NCBI GenBank assembly: GCA_038087875.1
Contig: CM075990.1
Coordinates: forward strand, 14,882,001-14,942,000
Reading direction: 5' to 3'
Origin: Malacoraja senta
Lineage: Eukaryota
DNA length: 60,000 bases
In this document: in pieces, positions 24,626 through 38,900 of the stretch
Numbering within the stretch: the stretch's first letter is position 1
Layout: the number at the start of each line of letters is the position of its first letter
Program-made: the position numbers and the translations under genes
The notes under the pieces: generated by a model
Told to the model about the DNA's origin: nothing
Databases searched by the model: none
Seen by the model: the letters and a program-made list of their open reading frames with translations, nothing else

Positions 24626-26859
24626 TTTTAATGCTTTACAGTAACATTAGTACATTGTGGTCATCCTTCAAAATGTATTTCATTGGAGTATCACACTACC
24701 TTTAAACATTGAAAGCCTGGATATGGTAGATCCCTGGGGTATCAAACCAAGAAAATAATATTGGTATTATGTTAACTACATCGATTCTCCATGCATTGTA
24801 CTTGAATCCAATAGCAAGTGGTTCAAGATGCATGCAGCATGAAGAGTCATCAGCCAATTTTTAAAACAGTTGGACAGGGTAAGCTTTTATCAACCTTATT
24901 TTCTTTGTTCAATGCATTTCAATTTTAATCAGTTGACCTTCTTGCAAAGCTAGGCCTCTGTTTCATTCACCCTGCCAATAAATAAGGTGGGTTAAGACCT
25001 TATCAGAACAAACGCTGTTCCCTTTCATTCACCAGTATATCTATTGGGATGATTTTTTTCACACTGCTTGTGAGGAGGGGTGAGTGCACTAGGATTACAG
25101 TAGTCTTGTTCACTTATTTTGTACTTGCATTCCATCAATTAAAACCGGCAAGAAAATTTGCATTCAAAGTTGAGAACAACGCATTTGGTTGCAGGAACTT
25201 CTTTCTCCCGATGATACATCAAGCATTTGACTTTGAGTTACCAGATAAGTTGTGATGGCTAAAATGACAACAGTTGTGCTAAAATATCACATGTCTTGTT
25301 CTTAGTTTGTGTAATATAATTCTCTCTGAATGCTGTAATTATTTCTAATGATTTGTAACATGATTTTTTTTTTCACGGAAGAGTGAGGATATTTTAGGGA
25401 GATCTTTTTCTAATGTGTTTTTGTATTAATACTCAACAAATCAGCATGATAATAAATAAGGTGACCCTTTAATGATTTCCACCTTAATTATTGAGGGATC
25501 AATATATTCCGCAGTCTAGAAGATGGAATGTTTTCAGTGGCAAAGGCTAAAGACAATGTAATCTTCCTTGAGGTGCTTTTATGTCTGGAAATACCATTTT
25601 TATGCACAATCTGATGAACTTTGCCTGCCCAATTATTCTGACATGTATGTTACAAAGTAAGCATCTGGCAGTTGCACTTTTCAAAAGCTAAACCTTTCTT
25701 CTGCTCATTTTGTAAAGAGAAAGCAATTAAAGCAACCTCCCTCTAATCTTTCACATTCAAGTTTTTATCTTCAATGCTGGGTTTGGTTTCATAATACTGT
25801 TCTTCACTTAATCTTGATTTTGATCCATTATTTATTTCATGCAGGTAACATTGCAATCAGAACAATTGCTCCTTTTTCAATTCTGTGCATATTTACAATA
25901 TTTACACAATTTGAACCAGTTAGTGATCTTGTAGCTACTTTACCGATCAGATTTTGTAGATCTGCTTTTGCTCTCAACGTTTCATTGCCCCTTTTGTAAT
26001 AAGCTTTATATTCTAGTATCTATGCATACCTCCTACGTTCCTCTTATTTTGATGTTAAACTTGCCAAGGTTAAATATGACTTTGCCTTTAATCATTTATT
26101 AAGTGTGGCTTTGTGTGAATATTGCAACAAGAGAATGCACATTAAGAACACAATAACGATGTACAAAACCTTTGCAACTCACTGGAGAGGATTAATATAA
26201 AGTATAAATACAATGGAGATCATATAATGGATTAATTACCCCTCATAATAAATATTTGGATTCATCAACAGATGTAGTTGATGAATACTGCCTACTTTGA
26301 TCACTTTCTCAATTTATCATTTCTGAAGATAGCATTTGATGTGCCTTCTGTGTGCTTGCATTGATGAAGTGATGGATTGCTCACTAACCAGAACCTGGAA
26401 GAAAACTTGAACTGATTTTAACATGTAATCTGGCCAGTTTGCGTTTGCCAGACCATGTTGGTGGTGATTCATCTTAATCCATGAGAATAGGAAGTTACCA
26501 TAGATGTGATTCTACAAGCAGAACATTTTCTGCAATCCAAATGTATAAAATCTGCAACAATTTGATAAGATGGCACTATAGTTGGTGCCGCTGCCTTGCA
26601 GCTCCAGTGATTCAGGTTCCATTCCTATCTTGGATGATGTTTGTGTGGTCTTTGCATGTTCTCGTGTGGGTTTTCCCCATGTGCTCTGGTTTCCTCCCAC
26701 ACCCCAAAGATGTGCGGGTTGGTAGAACTGTGAGCCATCACCGATTTGCACATAATATCTTTGTGGATTTGAGGGTTGGGCTAATGTTAGAAGGAAGTGT
26801 GTAGGCCAGTGGGTGTGATGGGAATGTCATGGCAATGTTCTCACCTCTTCCCTTTAAAC

Positions 26860-27190
26860 TAGAACATTAATGCTGAAAGATTTTCTCCCAGAGTAGGAGA
26901 ATAAAGAACTAAAAGGCATAGGTTTAATGTGAAAAGTGGAAGATTTAATAGGAATCTGAGATACAGCTTTTTTCCGCACAGAGGGTGGTGGATATATGGA
27001 ACACACTGACATAGGATGTAGTTGAGGCAGGTGCAATAGCAATATTAAAAAGACTCTTGGACAGCTACATGGATAGGAAAGATTTAGAAGGACATGGACC
27101 AAACACTGTTAACTGGAACCATCTTAGATGGGGCATCTTGATGGACGTGGAAGAATTGGGCCAAATGGTTTGAATCCATACTGTGTGATG
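26860..27190 (+). mobile_element. Degenerate CR1 LINE 3' end
   Basis: GGCATAGGTTTAATGTG...CACAGAGGGTGGTGG. Confidence 0.7.
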
Positions 27191-27244
27191 CTAGTGTCCA
27201 TAAAATTCAAACAGTTTCAGGTAATTTCATGCAAGTTCATGAAA

Positions 27245-27670
27245 AGATGCAAAATACTGGAGTAACTCAGCAGGTCAGGCAGCATCTCTGGAGAACATGA
27301 ATAGGGGATGTTTCGGGTTGGAACCCTTCTTCAGACTGATGGCATGGATGCGGAAAAGGACAAAGCATGACAGGTCATAGGTGAACACATACATGGGGGT
27401 GTTTAATAGGCACATGGTTGGACCAAGGCATGAGACAAAAGGATGAGAGAGTTGTGAATTGTGTAGCTAGAGGATTGATGAGATAAAAAATGTTTAGGAA
27501 GTTGCAGGAGAGGGGGGAGATAGATGCAAGGTCCAGCAGGTCCCAGGGAGGGGGTCAGGGAAAAGAAAGGGGTGACTTTATGGGGGGGGGGGGGGTTGTA
27601 AAGGTTACCCAAAATTGGTGAATTCAATGTTCATACCGTTTGGTTGTAAGATACCCAAGCAGAATATAAC
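27245..27670 (-). mobile_element. Penelope 3' region (terminal repeat plus endonuclease end), degenerate
   Basis: GAATTCAATGTTCATACC is the reverse of the GMNIEF-coding sequence. Terminal repeat at 27245-27338. Confidence 0.75.
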
Positions 27671-28098
27671 CCTTTGAAGTATAAGCTTCCCCATAGTTAA
27701 CCATCCTGTTGAGAAGATTGATTGATGTTTAATCCCAGAAAAACTCAATCAATGTTGGAGACATGGGCACCATACTTTGAATTAGAAGATTGCATGCTTA
27801 GAGTTAGATGCCACCTCTAATCCATTCCCAATTTATTGCATTGACTACTTAAATCCATGGATTATGAATTTCTAAATTGATTTAATTAGACACCAATCAG
27901 GAACAATTTTCATGCTGCCCTACTGGGTTAAATTATCCCAGGTTTCTTCCTCAAAAGCTCATTTGTTTTTCTATTGAGTTCATCTAAGCTGAGTTGCCAC
28001 TCTGATGTAGAGGGGAGTTACTGGTGGTTGCCGACTTTGTATCCTTTTGCAGAATATAATCTGCTGTTTCTGGAAGTACAGAATGAGAGCAATCAACA

Positions 28099-28407
28099 GG
28101 TCGGCAAGGTGGTGCAGCGGTAGAGTTGCTGCCTTGCAGCACTTCCATCACCTGAGATCCGGGATCGATCCCTACTATGGGTGCTGTCTGTACGGTGTTT
28201 GTACGCTCTTCCCGTGACAGCATCTGAGATCTTTGATTTCCTCCCATACCCCAAAGACATGTAGGTTAATTGGCTTGGTATAAATGAAAATTGTCCCTTG
28301 TGTGTAGGATAGTGTTAGTTTGCACGAATAGCTGGTCGGCATGGACTCGGTGGACTGAAGGGCCTGTTTCCTCGCTGTATCTAAACTAAACTAAATAAAC
28401 TAAACTA
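28099..28407 (+). mobile_element. HE1-type V-SINE
   Basis: GGTGCAGCGGTAGAGTTGCTGCC head and (CTAAA)n tail. Confidence 0.85.
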
Positions 28408-29399
28408 CATCTGAAGGAATCGGTGCGAATGTTAAGAGGAAAATCGCTTTATTCTGTGAAAAATCTGGAGCCTCAATATCTGGTATTCTCTCCATAAGTC
28501 TCTGCTTTGCTATCTCCTCCTTTAAACCACTCTTTAAAAAAAATGTGGCTCTTCGACCAAGCTTTTGATTTCTTGTCCTGATATCACTCCATTGACAGCT
28601 CCAATGTTTGGTTGAGAACACTCTTGGAAAGCAAAACCCTATGTAAATGGAAACTGTTATTGAATTTCCGGACCAATTTAAGAACTGGCAGCATAGACTT
28701 CAGAGCAATGGGGCTTTGAGTCCTTTACTCAAATTCTGTTTCCAATAAAAATAAATTCCAAAACATTGATTTTCTTTACAGTGATGAATTTGTATGAAGC
28801 TGAAAATGAATATTGTTCTTTCAGATAATCATTAGTTGTTGTGGCGAACTTGCTGAAGTGATGTCTTCAAGTTTATTCTGCTGTAAAAATGCTAACCTTT
28901 CTTGTTTGTCAGTCATCGAGCCGATTAGATGTTTGGTTTGATTCCGAGATATTGTCCTATTAACACTTGAATGTAACTGGTAGTTGATTGATCGCTGTCT
29001 CAGACTTGTCAGGAATGTTGAGAAGCGGAACTCCAATCTGAAGGACATCTTGGCACTTGGCGTTGTGCTCTAATGAGTTCGGATATCGCTGATAGGAAAG
29101 CAAAATACTGCTGGAAATCCGAAGTGAAAGAAGGAAAACTGCTGGAGATGATCATGCAGCCAGTCAGCTTCTGTGGAGTGGGATGAAGGGCCAATGTTTC
29201 ATATCCATGGCCCCATGATGGGTCTGGGAAATGCTTTGCGTTAATAGAGTCAGGAATGGACCAGGAAGGTGGTAGTTGTGAAAAAGGTGGAGGATGATTC
29301 ATTTAGTATGGGGGATAGTTAAGATCCAGCCTTTTGCTGTCACCAATGGCAGCTTTTTCTCCTCCTTCATTGTTTCAAAGGGACTTTTATCAGCAATAA

Positions 29400-29579
29400 A
29401 AGAAGGTGGACAAAAATGCTAGAAAAACTCAGCGGGTGAGACAGCATCTATGGTGCGAAGGAATAGGCGACATTTCGGGTCGAGACCCTGACTCCATAGA
29501 TGCTGCCTCACCCACTGAGTTTCTCCAGCATTTTTGTTTACTTTTGATTTTTCCGGTATCTGCAGTTCCTTCTTAAACA
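29400..29579. mobile_element. Palindromic Penelope mini-element
   Basis: TSD TTA(T/C)CAGCAATAA (29387-29399, 29580-29592). Confidence 0.8.
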
Positions 29580-29900
29580 TTACCAGCAATAACCTCATTT
29601 CCCCCCTTGTTCTCTCCCACCAAATGCACCACTTCCTCCCAATAATGCAGGTGATACAACTAAGCCTTAATTGAAGCACACGTTATCTGCATTTGACCTG
29701 CCCGCTTGTCTTTTCCAGATTTTTCTCACTTTAATCAGTCTGAGAAGGGTTCTGACCTGAAATGTCACCTATCCATGTCCTTCAGAGATTCCGCCTGACC
29801 CGCTGAGTTACTCCAACACCATGTTGTACTCAAGATTCCAGCATCTGCAGTTAATTGAGTCTTTGTCTTCTCTTTCATCATTCCAATTGTCCAGGTTTAC

Positions 29901-30080
29901 TTCGGAGATAGACACAAAATGCTGGAGTAACTCAGCGGGACAGGCAGCGTCTCTGGAGAGAAGGAATGGGTGACATTTTGGGTTGAGACCCTTCTTCAGT
30001 CTGAAGAAGGGTCTCGACCGGAAACAATTTTGTGTCTATCTTCGATTTAAACCAGCATCTGCAGTTCCTTCTTACACATT
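29901..30080. mobile_element. Palindromic Penelope mini-element
   Basis: Centre CCCTTCTTCAGTCTGAAGAAGGG. TSD TTGT(C/T)CAGGTTTAC (29887-29900, 30081-30094). Confidence 0.85.
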
Positions 30081-30589
30081 TTGTTCAGGTTTACATAATT
30101 TCTTACAGGTAAAATGTAATTCATGTGCATGGATTTGCCTCACTTTGCCCTATTATCCACCCTTTAAAATATAGACAAGATGACTGATTTGCAAAGCATC
30201 TTCATACAAGTGGTTGCATGATCAAGCATTTGGTCTTTTATTCTTCCTGCCAAATACTTTTTGTTTCACTCTCTCAATTCATTATCTTGGTACCTGTAGA
30301 ATGTTGTCATGAATAATAACAATTCCATTGGTATATGCTGTTGTTATTCCATGAACATCTATGCAGGAATTTAGCTTGCACAGAACTTAAACCCAGAAAG
30401 CTTGAAATCAAATTATTCAGCCCCTCTCTCTAGCTGTTGGAAGCTTTCTCCAACAAAGAATTTACTCAAAGAGAGGTGAACTTCATGAATTAGTTTTGCT
30501 GACAGTCTCTGGGTTTGTAATGGTGTACTTAGTGGAATTACCTTTTAGTAATTTGTGTCTTTTTTTCCATTCGTCTGACAAAGAATACA

Positions 30590-30932
30590 TGACATGACAT
30601 AAAAAGAGACTGTTTGGCTGATTGAGTCCATAGTGGCTCTCAGAGCATTCCCTGCAATCCCATTCTCCCATTTATATTCCTACGAAACTATACCCTGTCC
30701 CATCAACTCCACCCTGAATCTCCTGCTGTCTACCTACAACAGGGGTAACGTACACCGGCCATTAATCTACCAATACGCATATTTTTGGGGATGTGGGAGG
30801 TAACTAAAGCACCAGGAGAAACTCAAACTATCACAGTAAGAACATGTAAACTCTGCACAAACAACACCTGAGGTCAAGATTGAACCCAGGCCACTGGAAC
30901 TGTGGGCAGCAGCACTAACTGCTGCACCACTG
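30590..30932 (-). mobile_element. Degenerate V-SINE
   Basis: TGTGGGAGG...GATTGAACCCAGG...GCTGCACCAC is the reverse of a SINE head and core. A similar copy lies at about 17410-17680 on the plus strand. Confidence 0.65.
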
Positions 30933-31427
30933 ATTCTAAAAATAATCAATCTTATACGTCTGAATTGTGATTTGCACATGTAAATGTTGGGGGTGGGGCG
31001 GAGGGAGAAGGTGTTTTATTTTATTTTTCTTTCAATGTTATTTATAATATTTTGGCTTATTTAATTGCATTCATTTTCCAGTCTTTATTACTGCTCTAAA
31101 CAGTGTTTTAAAAAGTTAATTAAAATGTTGCATTTTGCTTCTGGGCATAGTGTCAGTGAAAATGTTTTAACATGATAGGCTACTCAGCCATTTGGATGAC
31201 ATTACAACTGCTATGCAACAAGGGATCCCTGGAAGAGAGGCTGTTCCTGCCTCTGAGCTGGTTGGAATTTTATGGAGACTCTTTTATGCCATCGGAAGGA
31301 AACAACTTTGTTTTCCTTTTGACTTCATATTCTCTATGTCATGATTTTTTCAATTCTACTGAAAGATTATTGACTTGTAACTCATATTTCCCTCTACAAC
31401 TGCTAACCTGACCTGTTGAGAACTTGG

Positions 31428-31661
31428 ACACAAACTACTGGAGAAACTCAGCGGGACAGGCAGCATCTCTGGAGAGAAGGAATGGGTGGTGTTTCAGGAC
31501 GAGACTGAAAAAGGGTCTCGACCCGAAACATCACCCATTCATTCCCTCCAGAGATGCTGCCTGTCCTGCTGAGTTACTCCAGCGTTTTGTGTCTACGATG
31601 TAAACCAGGTCCTTCCTTTCTCTAACTGCTCCCCCTCTGTGTTCTCCTCCTTCCTACACAG
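31428..31661. mobile_element. Palindromic Penelope mini-element
   Basis: Perfect 14-bp TSD TGTTGAGAACTTGG (31414-31427, 31662-31675). Confidence 0.9.
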
Positions 31662-32113
31662 TGTTGAGAACTTGGTAATAGCAGAGGTTAAGGGGAAACC
31701 TGATAGAAGAGTATACAATTATGAGGCATATATAAGGTAAACGGACCCAAAGCACAATTTTTTAAAAAAGATTTGAGGGCACATCTTTAAGGTAAGATGG
31801 GCAAAGTTTAAAGGAGATGCGCAGCACAGTTTTTACTCGGTGGGTGGGCGACTGATTTGAGCATTTTTCTATTTGAATAATGGTGATTGTCTCCCAAGAA
31901 CAAAATAAGAACTGTTTCACACCAGAATTGACTTTGTGTTTTTTGTGATTTTAATCTGTGCTGATCTCTCTTTGTGACATTCCATGTTTCAGTAGAAATT
32001 CAAAGGTAATGCCAGAATAGATTGTGGTAGTGTTTAATTTTCAGTTTTGTTGATGCCAGGCAAGGTGGAAGTTTACTTGAAGTTTCAAGTGAAGGCAGTA
32101 CCAGCTTATGACT

Positions 32114-32351
32114 GCAGCACGGTGGCACAGCGGTAGAGTTGCTGCCTTACAGCGAATGCACCGCCAGGAGACCCAGGTGCGATCCCGACTACGGGTGCTT
32201 TCTGTACGGAGTTTGCACGTTCTCCCCGTGACCTGCATGGTTTCATCCGAGATCTTCGGTTTGCTCCCACACTCCAAAGACGTGCAGGTTTGTAGGCAAA
32301 TGTAGGTTGGTAAATGTAAAAATTGTCCCTAGTGGGTGTAATATAGTGTTA
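32114..32351 (+). mobile_element. HE1-type V-SINE, 3' truncated
   Basis: GGTGGCACAGCGGTAGAGTTGCTGCCTTACAGC head and core. Confidence 0.85.
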
Positions 32352-32549
32352 AAAAAGTGCTGAGTGATGCTCTAACTAGAGCTTTTCAGCGTACTACATC
32401 CAGATCCAGATACACAATAAGAGGCAGTGAGATATTGAAAGTGAAATTGTGGCTAGGCAATTAAGTTACGTGAAAAGAAGAGTTGATTTGAAGATGAAAT
32501 GAGAATAAACAAAAGTGAATGTTGCCTGGCTAAGAGGGCATTGGCAAAA

Positions 32550-32940
32550 ATGGACCAACTTGGTTTTCTATGGAGCATCTAAGGTTAAGGGGAAACCTGA
32601 GAGAAGTGTACAACATTATGAGGGGCGTGTATAGGGTAACCAGCCCCAAGGTAGAAATATTAAGGTTTGAGGACATATCTTTAAGGTGAGAGGGCCAAAC
32701 TTTAAAGGAGATGTGTGGCATGTTTTTTTTTTTTGCAGAGTGGTGGCTAGCTGGTACGGGCTACCATGGGTGGTGGTAGAGGTAGAGGCAGATGCAATAG
32801 GGGCATTTAAGAAACTTTTTGATTGGCAAAGGGATAAGGATCGTATAGTAGAGGAGATTAATTTAACTAGGCGTCATATTTAGCATGGACATTGGGGGCC
32901 AAAGGGCCTATTCTTGTGCTGTACTGTTCCATATCCTATG
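32550..32940 (+). mobile_element. Degenerate CR1 LINE 3' end
   Basis: Similar to 14790-15212. Confidence 0.7.
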
Positions 32941-35900
32941 ATCTGTATATGGGAATCAATCAGCTGGTTGTAACTCAGTTTAATTTATAGCTTTAGCAGT
33001 CCTGAAAAGAATAACTTTGGACATTGCAGGAGAAAAGGCTTATACATGTATACCCTCAGGACACATTATTGACTGATGCTTGTTAATGTCTTACATGTGA
33101 TCTTGATTCTGTCGCTAAGTATATTTGTCCTTGTTGGCAACTTGCTGCACCGAACCCATTATCTTATATTTGGGAGAAAACTGAGAGATATGGAACAAGG
33201 TTGTGTCCTGAGCAGACTGGGAAATTGAGTTTGGGAATTGGTGAAGGGTAAATACTTTGGGTTAAATTAAATTAATTAAAAATATTTATTTTTAATTGGA
33301 CAAAGCTTTTTTAAAGTTAAAAAAATAAGTTTGGATAAATAGCTTTATGTGTTATGCCATTATACTTGGCATACAGAAAACTGAGTACATAACTATGATC
33401 TTTGGTGACCCCAAGCGTAACAGGGGAATATTCACCTCAAAGTTGGATATTCACCTCAAAGTTGTTGAACCATAACAAGGGATCTATCAATCCGCACATT
33501 TGGAGCCAAGAAGCACTGGCTACCCTTTGTCGGATGGTGGTGCATATCTGATTTTTGACCAGTGTTAAAAGTGTGTGATAGTGATGTTGCATTAGATCCT
33601 TGCTCTTTGCACTAGAGGTATTTGCCCTTGGAACTGGTAAGGATGAAGCATCAAGGGAGGATGGCCAAATTGATTATGTCAACATGCCAAAGGGGGCCAT
33701 TCATATGAAGATGGTGAAGTGAAAGGGAATGTGTTTGTGGTGAAATGAGGTGGTCATGTACAGTTACTATCTTCAGCTCCCTGGACTGAATCACAATAGC
33801 TCTGATACCTGTCTGTCTGGCCAGAGTTGAGCAGATGTTCGGCTGGAGCTGAATTCGGAGAAGAATGGGAACCCAACTTTTTTGGTCCTTGTTGAAGCAT
33901 ACAGCTTCAAAAGAATGAAGTTCTGCCAAGGGAGTTTGGCGAGCTTAAGATACTAATTTCCATCTGTGTTGTCCTTTTACCTTACAGACCCACTTCTTTC
34001 CCAGTCAATAATTGAGAAAAGCTCAACTTGCTCAAGTTGCTTGTACTTTCAAATTCTGAGCTAATTACTCTAGTTCACAATTTATATTGCCATTTGATGG
34101 AACAGACTTGAGTTATTTGGCTGCCTTCTGCTTCCATTTCTTATACAGTATGTACTTACAATTGTGTGTGTGTGTGTATGAGATCCAAATATTGGAGTTG
34201 TCAACTTGAATAATGGAAATAACTCATTTGTTGAATTGAATGGCAGACATTCCCATGATGAATAGAACTTGGGTTTTCAGCATAGAAAACTTTCCTTTTA
34301 TCTTTCAGGCACATCTGCCTAATCATAGCGAAGTTCTCATACGTCATTCTCAGAAAATCGCTTGTATTGCTCCATTAAGACTTTTTGTTCTCTGCAACGT
34401 ACCTCCTAATTATCGCTGAAAATGTTAAATCTGCCAGTTTAGGAATGAATTATGGATAGCATTGTGATGATGAAGTGATGAATTGGAATTTAGATTGAGT
34501 CTGCTGAAACATAGCATCCCTTTATCATAGTGAAGATATCATATCGTATTTGTAACTGATTGGTACCTAAAAGAGATGAATATCTGCATAGTGCTCCATA
34601 TCGTGGAACTCGAAGGGAAGGGTAGTGTTCTTAAATCACTCTTCTGGTTGCATCAATGATCCTGCAATGGTGCAAAATTTGGTGGCTTTGTTATCAAATT
34701 GTATTAATGTTTTCACTCTTTAGCTGTGATGTATTTTGCAATGGAGACATTGAAACAGTAGAATATACTCAATCATCGGTTAAAAATCTAGATATCTGTG
34801 CTCATGGAAGGATTAGATCTGCCATCTAATGTCAGTTGTTGTAGAATTTTCTTAGTTGGTTTGGTGCAGTCAGTTGTAAGAAGTAGTAGTATTAAGGTAC
34901 GGAGTCACGAGGAATGGCAGATGCTGAAGTCTTGAGCAAAACACAAAGTACTGGAGTAACTCAATGGGTCAGGCAGCATCTGTGGAGGGAATGTATGGGC
35001 GATGTTTTAGGTCAGGAACAGGATATGGCTTTGTTATTCTTCGCGTTCTGTTGGAATCTTGATTTCAGCTTTGCTGCCGCGGGAGTCTCTGAATTAAGAC
35101 ATGACCGCTTCATTGGAGAAGAGGTAAAATCAGAGGAAACAGCCATCTGGGGGCTTGCGTTGTGTGTCATTTACCGGTACTGATGAATAAGGCTAGTCCA
35201 AACTTAGCTGTAGGATATGTTCCTCATCTCTTCACTGATGATACTTTGTGATATTATACAGTTGGGAAAAAACACATGGATTCATAATTCTGAATATCAA
35301 TTGGCTGTTCTTGCAAGGGTAACCTTGCAATGAAGCTTAACAAAATTGCATTTTACTGAATCATGTCAATTAAAACAAATGTTGTTGAGATACCTTATAC
35401 AATGCTCAAAGTATTCCAATTAGAACTGATAATAACAAATTGTATTTCATTATGTTGTTGAAACCTAACCTGATAGTGACAAAGGCACTTTCAAATCTTC
35501 AGCTTGAAATTCCTTTGTAATATCTGGGTAAACCTGCTTTCTTGCTATCTTACCAATTTAAAAATGTATATTATTTCTATTTTGTAGTTTCCCGAAGTTG
35601 ATTTCAAGTTTCAGTGGCACGCATTGAGCTCTTATGAGTTTAATTGCAAAGAAAATGGAATTTACAAAAGGGGAAAAAAAATAATGTTTTTAAAGTACTT
35701 GCCTGTCGTCAGGCTGCTATTTTATTCAAATGAGCAGTTAGAGAGATGGGTAATGGCCATCATTTGTGATGTAATTGTTACAGCTAAAAGGTTTACGAAG
35801 AGCGAGCAATCATACTATTTCGAAGCATCTGTCATCTTCTTGTACCACAGGTGTTTTTTCAAAAAGTCCAGAGCATGTATTTTATGTAGGGTTTGCTATT

Positions 35901-38900
35901 GAATATTAACATCGAGCATTCTGTCAGTTTTAACACTGCCTTGCACTGTGTGTGGATAATAAGGAAGTACAAACTTTTATTCAACACCATTCGAAAATGT
36001 TATTGAAAAGGAGGATGAGCACTTGAGAATTTAGTGGATTATTTGTAATTAAATTGCATAATTACATGGATGGAAGTTCACGAGTCAAATTCGACAATTC
36101 TTTCAGAGCAAATGTGAGCATTGCAAGATGCATTTTTGCTTTAATCTACTTTAAGCCATGGTTAGCCTATCTTTTTACAGTCTTTTGTTTTAAGAATGGC
36201 TCTATTCTCATGTAGCAAGACAACAGAACATGGTTGAAGGAATACAAGTTTGTGTGGTTTTCTGAACCTTGACCAGCCTGGATCTTTGAAACTGTTACCA
36301 TTAATTTCAATAGTTAAGCATTTTCTGTTTGTTTGTGGTGCCAATTTAAACACTGGAGCTTGCTATGTTTGTGAAAAGTAACGCAATGCTTTCTTTTTTT
36401 TCCAATTAGCTGCCATCATTCGTGGAGTATCCATATGGGAGCACTTTCTGTGATCTAGAGCACTTGCTGCCATAATTCTGATTTAGAAAACAAACTGCTA
36501 GGAGCTGAGAGTTAATTAGTTGCAAACCACGAGTATTTCATGCCATTGAATAAAGTCTAGAAAATAAATCATCTCCTATTTGTGCAATGCTTTATGGTTG
36601 TCAGTTGCTAAAGGACCACAACAGATCCAAATATTTGTGGCACTTTGCCCTGCCGTGGTTTGTAAAAGTCAATTATAGGACAAGCTTTGTGACAACCCAT
36701 GTACCTTCCTACAACCAATCAGTTTTTGCCACTACTTTTCAAAAATTATTATATTAACCTGATAGCAATTAACAGATTTATGGTGGAATTCCCTGATACC
36801 CTTTAATGAGGGAACATAAAACTACAAACTGAATCTGCTGATTGTATTTGCGTGATAGGCAATCTATCTGTGGCAAGGTTTGATTGATAGGATCATATGA
36901 CGTTCTTGCCTTGTTTTATACGAGCTGTCAAATCTTAACTGGAACTGAAGTATCTGGGTAACAAAAATTGATATAATGACTTAATGCTCCTTATTCTCTT
37001 CGAGCTGCATCAGTTTAGTGCACTTCTAAGAGAAGAATGCCTGCCAACACCAGCGAGTCATTCATCAACCTGCTTTCATTAGTATCCTGACTATAACCTT
37101 ACAAGATCACAATAGAATCCAGGATAATTTTCTCTCAAAGGCTTAAATTTTTCAGCATTGAAGAAAACAAGTTTAATGGTTTTTAACGTTAACTCGTAAA
37201 GAAAGAAGAAAAGGAGAAATGTATGTGCCTTTATTCCTTCTCGAGCATGCTCACCAGAGGCTGTTCTCACAGTAGAAGCAAGCCGCGCGGGCTGCACCAT
37301 CTCAGAATGCTAAAACGCTTCGTGGAGAATCAGCAGACTCCTTTTGCTGGCACAATTAGAGGTTTATTGCCTACTCTGCATTCCCATTGTCAGGCATTCA
37401 AACTGTCCCAGGTGTGCAGAGGTTAAAACGAGAAGTACCCAGTAGTTATGAAGCAGCAATAATGAGTTTCCTCCTCCTTACCATGGATTTGTGTGATATA
37501 CAACTTGCAATTAAGCATGGCTTGGTGATTCAGTGATTAATGTTTATATGACTCCTAAAGGAACGCACAGGCCTCCCTGTCACATCCTTCATGATGTTTA
37601 CAGCTATATACCTATTAACAGTAAGATGGAAAGGGCCATTTACAATTCAGTAACCTTTATGACAGTGGACTCTTTAATCAGCATTTTATTTCCTTTGTAA
37701 CACTTAAGTCATCTACAAATGTCAGAATAAAATAGAGCCATGAAATATTTAGGATCAGCATGTTGAAAGTCACTTCTGTGATTTAGCAGAGTGTTTCAAA
37801 CAGAAGGTGAAGGCAGCTCTTGTTTTTATTACGGAGTTGTTTATAATCAAATGCCAAAATTGTGGGTGGTGGGAGACTCAAATATTTAAAATAAATCCGA
37901 GCTCTGAAGTTACAAAGTTTTGCAATATGATTTCACCTTCCATTCTATTCACATTGATGTCGAGGAAGCTACAGAAATGTTTTTAGTAATTATCTGGATA
38001 TTAACCATTTATAATGTGTCCAAATTGCATCTGTTCCCGCCTGAAGGATGAGGGTTTGATAAATCCCATCGCGAACTCGAATAATATTTGTCGCGTTTAT
38101 TTGCAATATGTTTAACACCGCACTTTGTGACCTTTCCCTCCAGCCCCCAGTTTGGTGCCGTGTCTCCCAAGTTTCACGAGCTCACAAAACCGTGGCCTTC
38201 AATTCCTTGTTCCACTGTTTTCAGTTAAGGTCAGGAATGATGCGCAAAAGGTTTCAGGCTCAGTCCTTGAGCAAAGAGCCACTATGACAGGGATTATTAT
38301 TTATTTGTCATCTTGGATGTAATAAGCTGTAGGTACAGCATTGCCAGCCCTTGATTTATTGTTCTGTCGACCACCACTAGCAGGACGTCTGCTGTTCCAT
38401 GCAGGATGAATACTGTCCTGTCAGCTCAGTCCATTTGTCTCTGCCGAAGCTTTCTCATAACATGTTCCCATTTCATGCCAGAATACATAAACAATCTTTC
38501 ATTATTTTGATGCCTTTTTCATATTTGTTCACAGAACATAAAGCTTAAATTTATGTGTTTCCTTTACATTATTTCAACACAGTATAGTATTTTGCAGGTT
38601 TGCAGTTTAACAGTAAAAAATCAGCTGCAAGGTGATTCAGTAATTTTTTTTCATCACTGGTTTTATGGTTTTTTAATATCTTTGTGCTTCACACCACTGA
38701 GATATTTGCCAAATTTATACAGTTAAATATATTTTTTAACCATCATATTACAGGTGATAATTTAACACTAATCTGGGTATTTCTTTGCTCTTGTAGATCT
38801 TGTCCTAATCTTTGTGAGGAACTTAAAATAACATTTTCCCAAATTATGCTAACAGTGGGATTTAATTTCTTTCCTGCAGCATGCACCTAATAGTGAAACA

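Noticed and set aside
33428..33464. 19-bp period tandem duplication ATATTCACCTCAAAGTTG
   Set aside because: Only two units, consistent with an ordinary local duplication.
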